DNA of 64,000 nt, taken from positions 1 to 64,000 of IMG/VR virus record IMGVR_UViG_3300047557_003310, one strand, 5' to 3'. A program made the position numbers and the translations under genes. The stretch is from a virus. Shown piece after piece: positions 27,401 to 36,680 of the stretch; position 1 is the first letter of the stretch; each line of letters begins with the position of its first letter. The notes below the pieces were generated by a model. The model was not told the origin of the DNA. It worked only from the letters and a program-made list of their open reading frames with translations, and did no database searches.

Positions 27401-30069
27401 CATCAGAATATAGTTCATCGGACACTGGAGATATAACCACTGTAAATTCATATCAAAATTTTGATTACTCTCAAATTCCAAGTGTAAATCAAAACAGAAA
27501 TAGTGATATTATTGACATAAGACCAAAAGTATCCCCATATGTCGTTGCTGAAAATCAAAAATCTCCTTTTGAATTTTCTTCTAGAAATTTTTCAGTAGAA
27601 TATAACAATTCATCAAAATACATACTTGCATCCGATGAATCTATAATTTGTTCTTATTCATATTATTTGCCTAGAATTGACAGTATTTACTTATCTAAAG
27701 ATGGGATATTTCAAGTAAGAGTTGGAGATCCATCAGATGATCCACAATTACCAATTCCATTGGATGAATCAATTGAAATTGCAAGGGCATTTATACCAGC
27801 ATATACTTTTAATACCACTGACATTAGTATAACAAGAAATGAATATAAACGCTATACAATGTCAGATATTGGATCTCTCGAACAAAGAATAAAAAATTTA
27901 GAATATTATACATCTTTGTCTCTATTAGAAAAAGATACAGCTAGTTTAGTAATATTAGATCAAAATGGAAATACTAGATTTAAATCTGGATTTTTTGTTG
28001 ATAATTTTACTACGACAATATATCAACAAAAAGATACGATTGTAAAAAATAGTATCAATGTAAATTTATCAGAACTTAGACCTACTCATTATACTACGAA
28101 TTGTGATTTGGTTATAGGTGAAACTTCTTTGATTCTGGATAAAAATAATTCTGTTGACATAGAATATTCTGAAGATTTCATATCCACAAATATAAAAAAA
28201 ACTGGAAATGTTGTAACTTTAGATTATGATGAAGTGGTAGAAAATACGCAACAATTTTCTACAAGAGTAGTTGATGTATTTCCATATGAAACTTCTGAAT
28301 ATAATGGGAGTATAATACTTAATCCATCATCAGATGTGTGGATTAGTCAAAATAAAGTAAAACCAAATTCAATTCAATTAAATGGAGATTTGACTGAAAA
28401 TGACGCTCAAATTGAGGTGACTCAAGATAATCAAGAGACGGGATTTAACCCAGTTGAGTGGAACTCTAGTTCAAAGTATTGGAAATACAACCAAAAACCA
28501 CAAAAATCACAAACATTTAATCCAAAATCTAGTAAAAATAATACAAATAAAGGAAAATATTTTGTAGATAATGATATAAAAACATCTACAAAAAAACAAA
28601 ATATTAATGCAATAAAAACATCATCTTCATTTAATTCTTTGCCTAAAATTGGCAATTCTGAACAAATATCATCGACGACTTCTGTTATCTCTAATGAATT
28701 AATTCCATACATGAGAAGTAGAAACATTGAATTTAAAGCCGAAAGATTAAAACCATTCACTAGAATGTATCCATTTTTTGATTCAAAAAATGTCAATGAA
28801 TACATAATTCCAAAATTAATAGAAATTAGCATGGTGAATGGTAAATTTGTAGCTGGAGAAGTTGTAATTTGTAGAATTCAACCTAAATCTGGAGCATGGA
28901 TTGGTGATGGATCTAAAAAATCAGGTAGATTTAAACAAATATTTTCGAGAGATGGGAATCCAATTAATAATTTATCGGATGTTAAAAACGTAATCCCATA
29001 CCAATTAATATCTTCTGGGATATCAACTAATTCTTCATCGTATTTTAAACAATCCCAATTAATTAATAATTTTTCTAATACGATGCGTTTTTCTGGACCT
29101 TTATCTAGATTTAGGATATGTGCCCCAAATCATAAAATAGGACCATATAATAGTCCAACTAAGAAATATTATGCAAATCCGTATGATAGATCACAGGTAA
29201 TATCAGATTCATATTCAACTACTTCAACTATTTTAAATATTGATACATTTAGTTTATCTTATTCTGGACAGTCTAATTTGTATGGTTATATTAGAATTGG
29301 AATGCAGTTAGTTGGAGAAACGAGTGGTGCGATAGCAACCGTTACTGACATTAAATTAGTTACAGATGAAGTTGGTTCATTGATTGGATCTTTTAAAATA
29401 CCAAATAATGAAAAAAATAGATTTACCGCTGGAGAAAAAGTTTTTAGATTATCTAATAGTAGTGTAAATGATTTTACTCCAGGCGTAGTATTCAGTTCCG
29501 CAGAAGAAAAGTTTTATGCTCAAGGTACATTAAATTCTATACAAGAAACTGTTTTGTCAGTTAGTAAACCAAGAATTGCTCCAGAAATACCAACACCTCC
29601 ACCGCCTTCTGTTGGTCCTTCCGTATATGCACCACCACCATCAACTCCATCTCAGCCATCATCTCCTTCTGCGCCAAAACCTGTCAATGTTGCTCCAACA
29701 GCTAATCCAGTACCTTCTAGTCCACCACCTACAAAAATAAATTTTGGATCACCAGTATATGCAAATGCCGCTCAAAATAGACTGGTAAATGCAGCAAATG
29801 ATGTTCTTCCAGGAAATTATAAAAACATAGAACAAGTTGCAAAAGAATTGGGGATTAAGGTGAATTATAGTGATGGTGGAAATGTTACTCAAAAAAGTGG
29901 AGATAAAATAACTGCTGCGTTGCAATCTCAGGGTGCTAACATAGTTCCTGGACCTGGATCTAAGCCAGATAAAAATTCTAATACTGGCAGCAACGATAAG
30001 AAATCAGAAGGTAAATCAGAAAGTAAATCTGATAGTAAAGGATCCGATGGTAAACCAAGAGCACGATAG
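24463..30069 (+). CDS. VrlC/DUF4815-like large virion structural protein, first part
   Basis: NLNVFPYFDDY, KVLFKPGYPIQARELTTLQS, AAPGADR, RFKSGFFVDNF, PYMRSRNI motifs. Confidence 0.8.
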   Translation: MPQKTNLNVFPYFDDYNQDNIYHKVLFKPGYPIQARELTTLQSILQTQIERFGNWAFQEGSPVIPGKIVYNDRYYAVELKNSFNGININQYLSSIIGTTIRGEKSGVRAKVISAISDKISVRNNTTIYVNFIDSDFETSEYMGFSDGENLLLEQNVTAYITIDPDSIINLQANEAFASTIDVSCNSVGSTLLVESGVYFIRGYFVKNDSQFILLDQYGNFPSYKVGFLVTEDIITSEDDNSLNDNAKGFLNYAAPGADRFAISLVLTKIAPDEEIPENFIQLVEIIDGIVRSIQRDPRLNELGKELARRTYDESGDYYVKPPTITVEESLNNLLGNDGIYSGNQLTFNGNVPSEDLGVYSISPLKAYVKGYEVETVSSTLLDFKKARTTKRLENQSILYNTGSTISLNRVYGSPVIGISTTYTISLRDERKGTNSGISVGKEIGVARVYDFALESGSYNSSLPDVNQWEINVYDVQTFTEISVNETITLNESTYVKGKSSGAVGYLKYGVSNSGILTAYNTSGFFISGEKIIFNGVEDEKTRVTTSVKSYTLDQVKSLYGIVGVANTFSADIVQIKKRPFGIADISPLSSGISTISVTSAQFPGVVKINDLVSYTIPGKSDVTYSKVQTVNPTSLVVVGVTTVNGICDGALPNSSTTVTDLSLLGSNSLSVLDEKLYTILPKSNISNVDLSNSSLTIRKQFDVTITSNSTGNVVASDNEKFLPFDEERYVLITSNGTIERLSSDKFDSTSYSSSGGSIIKFNGLETTSGNARLIATLTKSKLSQKIKNKSIVKSIIIDKSKLVGSGIGETTLNNGLVYGNYPYGTRVEDEELCLLRPDVVGIYGIFELNDTSNLSSDPKAPRLTLSNISGNSASTNDFNVGETLIGEISSAVAVCVGKINSSTIEFTYLNSETFIIGESIKFKNSLVSASVNSIEIGDKNITSNYVLDDGQRNNMYDYSRIIRKSQYKEPIRKIKIYFESSEYSSSDTGDITTVNSYQNFDYSQIPSVNQNRNSDIIDIRPKVSPYVVAENQKSPFEFSSRNFSVEYNNSSKYILASDESIICSYSYYLPRIDSIYLSKDGIFQVRVGDPSDDPQLPIPLDESIEIARAFIPAYTFNTTDISITRNEYKRYTMSDIGSLEQRIKNLEYYTSLSLLEKDTASLVILDQNGNTRFKSGFFVDNFTTTIYQQKDTIVKNSINVNLSELRPTHYTTNCDLVIGETSLILDKNNSVDIEYSEDFISTNIKKTGNVVTLDYDEVVENTQQFSTRVVDVFPYETSEYNGSIILNPSSDVWISQNKVKPNSIQLNGDLTENDAQIEVTQDNQETGFNPVEWNSSSKYWKYNQKPQKSQTFNPKSSKNNTNKGKYFVDNDIKTSTKKQNINAIKTSSSFNSLPKIGNSEQISSTTSVISNELIPYMRSRNIEFKAERLKPFTRMYPFFDSKNVNEYIIPKLIEISMVNGKFVAGEVVICRIQPKSGAWIGDGSKKSGRFKQIFSRDGNPINNLSDVKNVIPYQLISSGISTNSSSYFKQSQLINNFSNTMRFSGPLSRFRICAPNHKIGPYNSPTKKYYANPYDRSQVISDSYSTTSTILNIDTFSLSYSGQSNLYGYIRIGMQLVGETSGAIATVTDIKLVTDEVGSLIGSFKIPNNEKNRFTAGEKVFRLSNSSVNDFTPGVVFSSAEEKFYAQGTLNSIQETVLSVSKPRIAPEIPTPPPPSVGPSVYAPPPSTPSQPSSPSAPKPVNVAPTANPVPSSPPPTKINFGSPVYANAAQNRLVNAANDVLPGNYKNIEQVAKELGIKVNYSDGGNVTQKSGDKITAALQSQGANIVPGPGSKPDKNSNTGSNDKKSEGKSESKSDSKGSDGKPRAR

Positions 30070-30107
30070 ATTCTAAAACAGAAATAAATAAAAAAAAGAT
30101 CACATCA

Positions 30108-32567
30108 ATGGAAATAAAAAGTCCTTTAGCACAATCATTTTATATAGTTCCAAGTTCGGGGATATTTGCAACATCAATTGATTTATATTTTTATTCTAAA
30201 GCAGTAACTTCACAACCAGTTACTGTGCAGTTGAGACCCATGAAGTTGGGAGTGCCTGATAATATAATATACCCATATAGTGAGGTAACTTTATATCCAG
30301 ATGATGTTTCGACATCAGAGGATGCAAGTGTTGCTACTAATTTTAAATTTCCATCTCCCGTATACCTCTCCGGAGAAACTTATCATGCAGTAGTGATCAT
30401 ATCAAACTCCTCTGATTATAAAGTGTGGGCATCCAGACTTGGAGAAATAGATGTAACAAATTTAAACTCAGATAACTCTAAGGAAATTTTAACTACAAAA
30501 CAAGTTGATTTTGGATCATTATTTTTATCGCAAAGTGGATCAACTTGGACTGCAAGCCAATATGACGATTTGAAATATACTTTAAAAAGAGCACAATTTA
30601 AAATAGATAATATAGGAAATATAAATTTCTACAATTCTGATTTGGATTCTGATCAATCTGCCGCATCCTTATTAAAAGATTCGTTAGAATTCAATGCTAA
30701 AAAAATTAGAGTAGGATTATCAAAAACTGTATCTGATTTAAATTTAACTTTTGGTAATACTATAACGCAATCCATTACTAATGCGAGTGGAAATTTTGTT
30801 GGATATGGTGGTTCTTCTTTTGGCAATTTGAGTATAATAGACGACGGTGAATCATATGAAAATGGTTCATATTCTAATGTCCCATTAATTAGTTTAACTG
30901 GGAGTGGAAAAAATGCAACTGTAAATTTAACTATTTCTGGTGGATCAGTTGTTTCTTCTGGGGCAACTATTTCTTCTGGTGGAGTAGGATATAAAGTTGG
31001 GGATTTATTGACGGTCAATCCACCTGGAACCAATAAATTAGGAAGAAATATAAGATTATCAGTATCTCAAATTTCAGCCTACAATGAATTAATAATAGAC
31101 CAAGTTCAAGGTAATTTTGAAACTGGAATTGGAAAAACAATAAGATATACTAATAATTCTGGGACAACATTAGATTTGAATGGAAATGGATCAAATGTTT
31201 TATTGGATTCTGCTCCAATAGAACTAAATGATGGTAGACACATTAAAGTAAATCATTTTAATCATGGTATGCATTCCGGCAGCGATGTAGTGAAAATTTC
31301 AAATGCTATGTCTGATATAAATCCAACTACATTATCAATAGATTATGGTGCTGCTGCAACTTCAGTAATTACTTTGGAAGATGTCACTAACTTTTCTTCT
31401 TTTGAAAGTTTACCAGTTTCTGTTGATAATCCTGGATACATTTTAATTGGACAAGAAATAATTTCTTATACTTCATTATCTGGAAATAATTTATCTGGAA
31501 TAACAAGGGGAATAGATGGAACTAAATCAGAATCATATGAAGTCGGAGATTCCGTATACAAATATGAATTGAATGGGATATCATTAAGAAGAATTAATAA
31601 AATTCATCAACTTTCTGATGCTACAGTTTCTGATCCAATAGGTTTAGACTATTACACAGTAAAGTTATTGATGAATTCAAATGGAAAAGATAGAACTACT
31701 ACAAGTCCTCTTTATATAAAAGAGAGCAAATCAACTGGAGGACTAAATGTAATCGCCACAAAAAATATACAGTATAGTATAATTACTCCAAATATGGAGG
31801 TATTTTCTCCCGCTAATACTGAGGTATCCTCTACTATACGAACAATATCTGGAAAAAGTATAGATGGAAATGAGACTCCTTTTGTAGACCAAGGCTTTGA
31901 AGAAGCCTCTTTAAATGTCGCAAATTATTTGCCTTCCAACAGAATTATATGTTCGACATTAAATGAAAACTCTAAATTAACTACATTACCTGGCAATAAG
32001 TCATTTTGTTTAAATGTAACATTATCCTCTAATAATTCATATTTGTCTCCGGTTTTATCGGCAATAGAAAGATCATCTGTGATATTAACTTCAAATAGAG
32101 TAGATAACAAAATAAAAGATTTCACTACAGACGATAGAGTTGCATCCTTAACTGATGATCCATCATCATTTGTGTATGCGACGAAACCTATACTTTTAGA
32201 AAATCCTGCTCAAACTTTAAAGGTCATTTTATCTGCATATGTCAATGTAAATAGTGACATAAGATTATTATACTCAGTTTCAAATGATACAAATTTAAAT
32301 TTAAATTATTTCCCGTTTCCTGGATATTCAAATTTAAATAATGGAGTGACAATTGACGTATCGAAGAATGATGGCACACCAGATAAAAAGCCAATAAAAA
32401 CAGATATATTAATTCAAGATGGGACCGAAACTCCTTTTGTTGATTATGAATTTACTGCTGAATCAATAGGACCGTTTAAATCATTTAGTATAAAAATAAT
32501 TGGAACTTCAACTAATCAAACATATCCACCTAGAATAAGAGATCTTCGTATAATTGCAGTAGATTAA
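30108..32567 (+). CDS. VrlC/DUF4815-like structural protein, second part
   Basis: Begins PLAQSF...SIDLYF, contains GSLFLSQ..TW..QYDDLKY, ends PRIRDLRIIA; AATAAATA at 30083-30090. Confidence 0.75.
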   Translation: MEIKSPLAQSFYIVPSSGIFATSIDLYFYSKAVTSQPVTVQLRPMKLGVPDNIIYPYSEVTLYPDDVSTSEDASVATNFKFPSPVYLSGETYHAVVIISNSSDYKVWASRLGEIDVTNLNSDNSKEILTTKQVDFGSLFLSQSGSTWTASQYDDLKYTLKRAQFKIDNIGNINFYNSDLDSDQSAASLLKDSLEFNAKKIRVGLSKTVSDLNLTFGNTITQSITNASGNFVGYGGSSFGNLSIIDDGESYENGSYSNVPLISLTGSGKNATVNLTISGGSVVSSGATISSGGVGYKVGDLLTVNPPGTNKLGRNIRLSVSQISAYNELIIDQVQGNFETGIGKTIRYTNNSGTTLDLNGNGSNVLLDSAPIELNDGRHIKVNHFNHGMHSGSDVVKISNAMSDINPTTLSIDYGAAATSVITLEDVTNFSSFESLPVSVDNPGYILIGQEIISYTSLSGNNLSGITRGIDGTKSESYEVGDSVYKYELNGISLRRINKIHQLSDATVSDPIGLDYYTVKLLMNSNGKDRTTTSPLYIKESKSTGGLNVIATKNIQYSIITPNMEVFSPANTEVSSTIRTISGKSIDGNETPFVDQGFEEASLNVANYLPSNRIICSTLNENSKLTTLPGNKSFCLNVTLSSNNSYLSPVLSAIERSSVILTSNRVDNKIKDFTTDDRVASLTDDPSSFVYATKPILLENPAQTLKVILSAYVNVNSDIRLLYSVSNDTNLNLNYFPFPGYSNLNNGVTIDVSKNDGTPDKKPIKTDILIQDGTETPFVDYEFTAESIGPFKSFSIKIIGTSTNQTYPPRIRDLRIIAVD

Positions 32568-32568
32568 T

Positions 32569-32790
32569 ATGTATTATAAAGTCAGGGGCAATTCCAACTT
32601 AGTGAGAGATCCAAATACAAATGCCATATTGAATATAAATTCTACTGAATATGACAACTACAAAAAAATAAAGGAAAATAAAGATAAAGAGCAAAAAAAA
32701 CTACATCAGTTAGAATCAGATGTCAATCAAATAAAAAGCGATATTGATCTCATAAAAAAATTATTACTGGAGATTAAAAATGAATCCTGA
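32569..32790 (+). CDS. Small coiled-coil hypothetical protein
   Basis: LVRDPNTNAILNIN motif typical of this position in T4-like cyanophages. Confidence 0.75.
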   Translation: MYYKVRGNSNLVRDPNTNAILNINSTEYDNYKKIKENKDKEQKKLHQLESDVNQIKSDIDLIKKLLLEIKNES

Positions 32791-32944
32791 AAAAATTATA
32801 TTAGAGGATTTCAATAAAATGTTTGAATACGAAAAAGTATCTAGAGATATAGATAGTATAGAAGATCTTGAAACTTTGAAAATCTTTGCTAAATCATACG
32901 TTAAATTATATCTAAAACAACAAGAAATAGTATCTAAATTTTAA
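32780..32944 (+). CDS. Small helical hypothetical protein (54 aa)
   Basis: MNPEKIILEDFNKMFEYEKVSRDIDSIEDLETLKIFAKSYVKLYLKQQEIVSKF*; fills the gap before g13. Confidence 0.7.
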   Translation: MNPEKIILEDFNKMFEYEKVSRDIDSIEDLETLKIFAKSYVKLYLKQQEIVSKF

Positions 32945-32945
32945 A

Positions 32946-33761
32946 ATGGCACAACCATCTACTAGACAAGAATTAATTGATTATTGTTTGAGAAAATTGG
33001 GTGCACCAGTATTAGAAATTAATGTCGCACAGGAACAAGTTGAAGATTTAGTAGATGATGCAGTTCAATTTTTCCAAGAACGTCATTTTGATGGTGTATC
33101 TCCAGTGTTGTTAAAGTATGAGATAACTCAAGAAGATATAGACAGAGGCAGAGGAAAGTCTGGAGTAGGGATAACAACAGTAACAGGAAATAAGACGTAT
33201 GAATATGAAGAAACTGCAAATTACCTTCAGATACCTTCTTATGTGATTGGAGTAAATAAAATATTTCAATTTGAAGGATCAAATAGCATTTCCAGTGGAA
33301 TGTTTAGTATAAAATATCAATTATTTTTGAATGATATCTATTATTGGGGATCTACTGAACTTCTTACATATTCAATGGTAAAAACTTATCTTGAAGATTT
33401 AAATTGGTTATTAACTACACAAAAACAAGTAAGATTTAATAAAAGAGAAGATAAATTATATCTAGATATTGATTGGTCGAGTTTGACAGTTGGACAAACA
33501 ATAATAATTGATTGCTATAGAGCACTAAACCCAGCAGAATCCACTAAAGTATGGAATGATTCATTTTTAAAGCAATATTTGACCGCTTTAATTAAAAGAC
33601 AATGGGGACAAAATTTAATTAAATTTAGAGGAGTCAAATTGCCTGGTGGAATTGAATTAGATGGTAGACCAATATATGACGATGCGCAAAGAGAAATAGA
33701 TATATTAATGGAAAGAATGTCTAGTACATATGAACTTCCACCACTAGACATGATAGGATAA
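32946..33761 (+). CDS. g13: Neck protein gp13
   Basis: LIDYCLRKLGAPVLEINV; KRQWGQNL.KF.GV.LPGG. Confidence 0.93.
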   Translation: MAQPSTRQELIDYCLRKLGAPVLEINVAQEQVEDLVDDAVQFFQERHFDGVSPVLLKYEITQEDIDRGRGKSGVGITTVTGNKTYEYEETANYLQIPSYVIGVNKIFQFEGSNSISSGMFSIKYQLFLNDIYYWGSTELLTYSMVKTYLEDLNWLLTTQKQVRFNKREDKLYLDIDWSSLTVGQTIIIDCYRALNPAESTKVWNDSFLKQYLTALIKRQWGQNLIKFRGVKLPGGIELDGRPIYDDAQREIDILMERMSSTYELPPLDMIG

Positions 33762-33764
33762 TAT

Positions 33765-35138
33765 ATGTTAAATCCATTTTTTCTACAAGGCTCAAAAGCT
33801 GAGCAAGGTCTCATTCAAGATCTTATAAATGAACAATTAAAAATGTATGGAGTAGATGTTTATTATTTACCTAGAAAATATTTAACTAAAAATACTGTTA
33901 TTAAAGAAGTAATAGAGTCTGAATTTAATGGTGCGTATCCTATTGAAGCTTATGTTGATACTTATGATGGATATGAAGGGGCTGGAACATTATTAACTAA
34001 GTTTGGTGTTCAACCATATACTGATCTAACTTTAATAATATCAAAAGAACGCTATGAAAATTATATTTTACCTTTAATTCAAGATCAATCAAATATAGAA
34101 TTGGCAACTAGACCAAAAGAAGGAGATTTAATATATTTTCCACTTGGAGACAGATTATTTGAAATTAAATTTGTTGAACACGAAATTCCATTTTACCAAC
34201 TACAAAAAACATATGTTTACACGCTTAGATGCGAATTATTCCGATATGAAGATGAATTAATAAACACTGGAATATCTTTTATTGATGATAATGTAGAAAA
34301 CCAAGGGTATATTCAAACATTTGATATGGTTGGTACTGGAGTATCTGCGACTGCTATAGCATCAATAGTAAATGGTGGGGTTACATTTATACAAGTAACA
34401 AATAGAGGAGATGGATACAAAACAGCACCTCAGGTCAAAATAGCTCCTCCAATTTTAGGTCAAACTGCAATTGGTATTGCATCTATGATTGGTGGTATAG
34501 TAGATTTATGTGAACCAGATGCAACTTTATTGAGAGTCCAAGCAGTAGAAATATCAAATCCTGGATTTGGGTACACTAGTCCGCCTAGTGTTGGATTCTA
34601 CGGTGGTGGTGGTGATGGAGCAACAGCTGTTGCAACAATCGGTGATGGTATCGTTGGAGTGGTAACAATAACAAATGGTGGATCTGGATATTCGGATCCA
34701 CCAAATGTTCAGTTTATTGGTGCATGTACCGTACCAGCTCAAGCTAGAGCAATAATACAAGATGGAGTTGTGACAAGAATTGGAGTTACAACTTCCGGAA
34801 TTGGTTATATAGAACCACCATTGATACAAATTTCAAGTCCATATATGGTAGGTATTGGTACATATGTATACAATGAAACAGTGGTTGGTTCTATTAGTGG
34901 AAATACCGCTAGGGTGAAATCTTGGTCATCTTCTACCAATAAACTGGAGTTGTCAAATATAACTGGAGATTTTAAGCCAGGGGAAACATTAGTTGGAGCA
35001 GCATCTAGTGCAGCATATCAGATAAGAAAAATTACTGATGATAATGTATTTGATAAGTTTTCTGAAAACAAAGAAATTCAAATAGAATCAGAGCAAATTA
35101 TTGACTTTAGTGAATCAAATCCATTTGGTACACCTTAA
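33765..35138 (+). CDS. g14: Neck protein gp14
   Basis: EQLKMYGVDVYYLPR, RPKEGDLIYFP, DFSESNPFG. Confidence 0.92.
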   Translation: MLNPFFLQGSKAEQGLIQDLINEQLKMYGVDVYYLPRKYLTKNTVIKEVIESEFNGAYPIEAYVDTYDGYEGAGTLLTKFGVQPYTDLTLIISKERYENYILPLIQDQSNIELATRPKEGDLIYFPLGDRLFEIKFVEHEIPFYQLQKTYVYTLRCELFRYEDELINTGISFIDDNVENQGYIQTFDMVGTGVSATAIASIVNGGVTFIQVTNRGDGYKTAPQVKIAPPILGQTAIGIASMIGGIVDLCEPDATLLRVQAVEISNPGFGYTSPPSVGFYGGGGDGATAVATIGDGIVGVVTITNGGSGYSDPPNVQFIGACTVPAQARAIIQDGVVTRIGVTTSGIGYIEPPLIQISSPYMVGIGTYVYNETVVGSISGNTARVKSWSSSTNKLELSNITGDFKPGETLVGAASSAAYQIRKITDDNVFDKFSENKEIQIESEQIIDFSESNPFGTP

Positions 35139-35184
35139 TAAATATATAAATCGTTAAATAGTATATTATAAGGGTTTACTGACA

Positions 35185-36189
35185 ATGTTTGAATATTTTT
35201 ATCACGAAATCATAAGAAAAACTGTAGTTGCATTTGGTACACTTTTTAATGGAATAACAGTAAAGCATAAAAATAACAATGATGATGTCGTCTCAGTATT
35301 AAAAGTTCCTTTGGCATATTCGCCAACTCAAAAGTTTCTAGCTAGACTGGAACAAGTTCCAGATTTAAATAAACCAGTTCAAATTACATTACCTAGAATG
35401 TCATTTGAACTTATAGGAATGTCATATGACACTACAAGAAAATTAACAACAACTCAAACATTTTTAACAAAAGATGTAAATAACAATGAAATAAGAAAGG
35501 CATATATGCCTGTTCCATATAATTTAAATTTTGAATTGAGTATTTTTACAAAATTAAATGAAGATATGCTTCAAATTATTGAGCAAATTGTTCCATATTT
35601 TCAACCAAATTACAACTTAACTGTGGATTTAGTAAAAGAAATAGGAGAAAAAAGAGATGTTCAGATTGTTTTAGATAACATTTCGATGACAGATAATTAC
35701 GAAGGAGATTACACAGAAAGAAGAGCATTAATATATACCTTGAAATTTACTGCTAAAACTTTCCTATTTGGTCCAGTATCTTCCAATTCTGTATCTTCCG
35801 AAATTATCAAAAAGGTGTCTATTGGGTTTGCTGCTGGGGATTCATCTGGTTTGGCAAGAAGAGAAGTCGTATATAGTGTGGAACCTAAAGCGATTCAAAG
35901 TTATTCTGGAACTGTAACAACCACATTAACTAAAGACATAAGTAAAATTGATACATTAATTGAGGTTGCAAATTCAACGGGAATAACTGTTGGATCCTTC
36001 TTAGATATAAACAAAGAGGAAATTTATGTCGAATCTATTAGTGGAAATACATTGAGTGTAAGGAGAGGTCAGGATTCTACAGTAGTGTTGGATCACATTT
36101 CTGGCTCAGATGTTAAACTGATTACTTCTGCAGATGATTTACTAATAAAGCCTGGTGACGATTTTGGATTTTCCGGTTCTTTAGATTAA
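35185..36189 (+). CDS. g15: Tail sheath stabilizer/terminator gp15
   Basis: YFYHEIIRK..VAFGTLFN, LPRMSFE, QIIEQIVPYFQP. Confidence 0.92.
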   Translation: MFEYFYHEIIRKTVVAFGTLFNGITVKHKNNNDDVVSVLKVPLAYSPTQKFLARLEQVPDLNKPVQITLPRMSFELIGMSYDTTRKLTTTQTFLTKDVNNNEIRKAYMPVPYNLNFELSIFTKLNEDMLQIIEQIVPYFQPNYNLTVDLVKEIGEKRDVQIVLDNISMTDNYEGDYTERRALIYTLKFTAKTFLFGPVSSNSVSSEIIKKVSIGFAAGDSSGLARREVVYSVEPKAIQSYSGTVTTTLTKDISKIDTLIEVANSTGITVGSFLDINKEEIYVESISGNTLSVRRGQDSTVVLDHISGSDVKLITSADDLLIKPGDDFGFSGSLD

Positions 36190-36198
36190 GGAGTTATC

Positions 36199-36654
36199 AT
36201 GAGAATGACTAAAAAATTCGATAAATTAAATGAAGCATTTAATATCGAAAATGGACCTTCTGAAATTAAGGCAGAAGTAGTAGAAACCGCTATTGTAGAA
36301 TCTCCAGCTAAAAATATAAATTCTGCAATGGACGATATAAAAAAAGATTATGAATATACTCGTGGGAATTTATATTCTATTATAGAAAAAGGACAAGAAG
36401 CAATTAATAATGTCCTAGAATTGGCACAGGAGACTGATGCTCCTAGAGCATATGAAGTTGTTGGACAACTAATAAAAAATGTTTCTGATGCAACTGACAA
36501 ACTCATTGATCTTCAGAAAAAAATAAAAGATCTAGATGAAGTTAAGCAACAGAAAGGTCCAACAAATGTTACTAATGCTTTATTTGTTGGATCCACTGCA
36601 GAGTTGTCAAAAATGTTGAAAAGTCAGTTAAAAGACATCGACGAAGATAAATAA
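36199..36654 (+). CDS. g16: Terminase small subunit gp16
   Basis: DYEYTRGNL, PRAYEV, NALFVGSTAEL. Confidence 0.9.
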   Translation: MRMTKKFDKLNEAFNIENGPSEIKAEVVETAIVESPAKNINSAMDDIKKDYEYTRGNLYSIIEKGQEAINNVLELAQETDAPRAYEVVGQLIKNVSDATDKLIDLQKKIKDLDEVKQQKGPTNVTNALFVGSTAELSKMLKSQLKDIDEDK

Positions 36655-36680
36655 AAATAAATGCTTAAACTGCAGTAGAA

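Noticed and set aside
8137-30069. Six consecutive baseplate ORFs in one reading frame, suggesting stop-codon recoding
   Set aside because: TAA-ATG abutting junctions force the same frame, the known genes have normal ends, and stops are used normally elsewhere.
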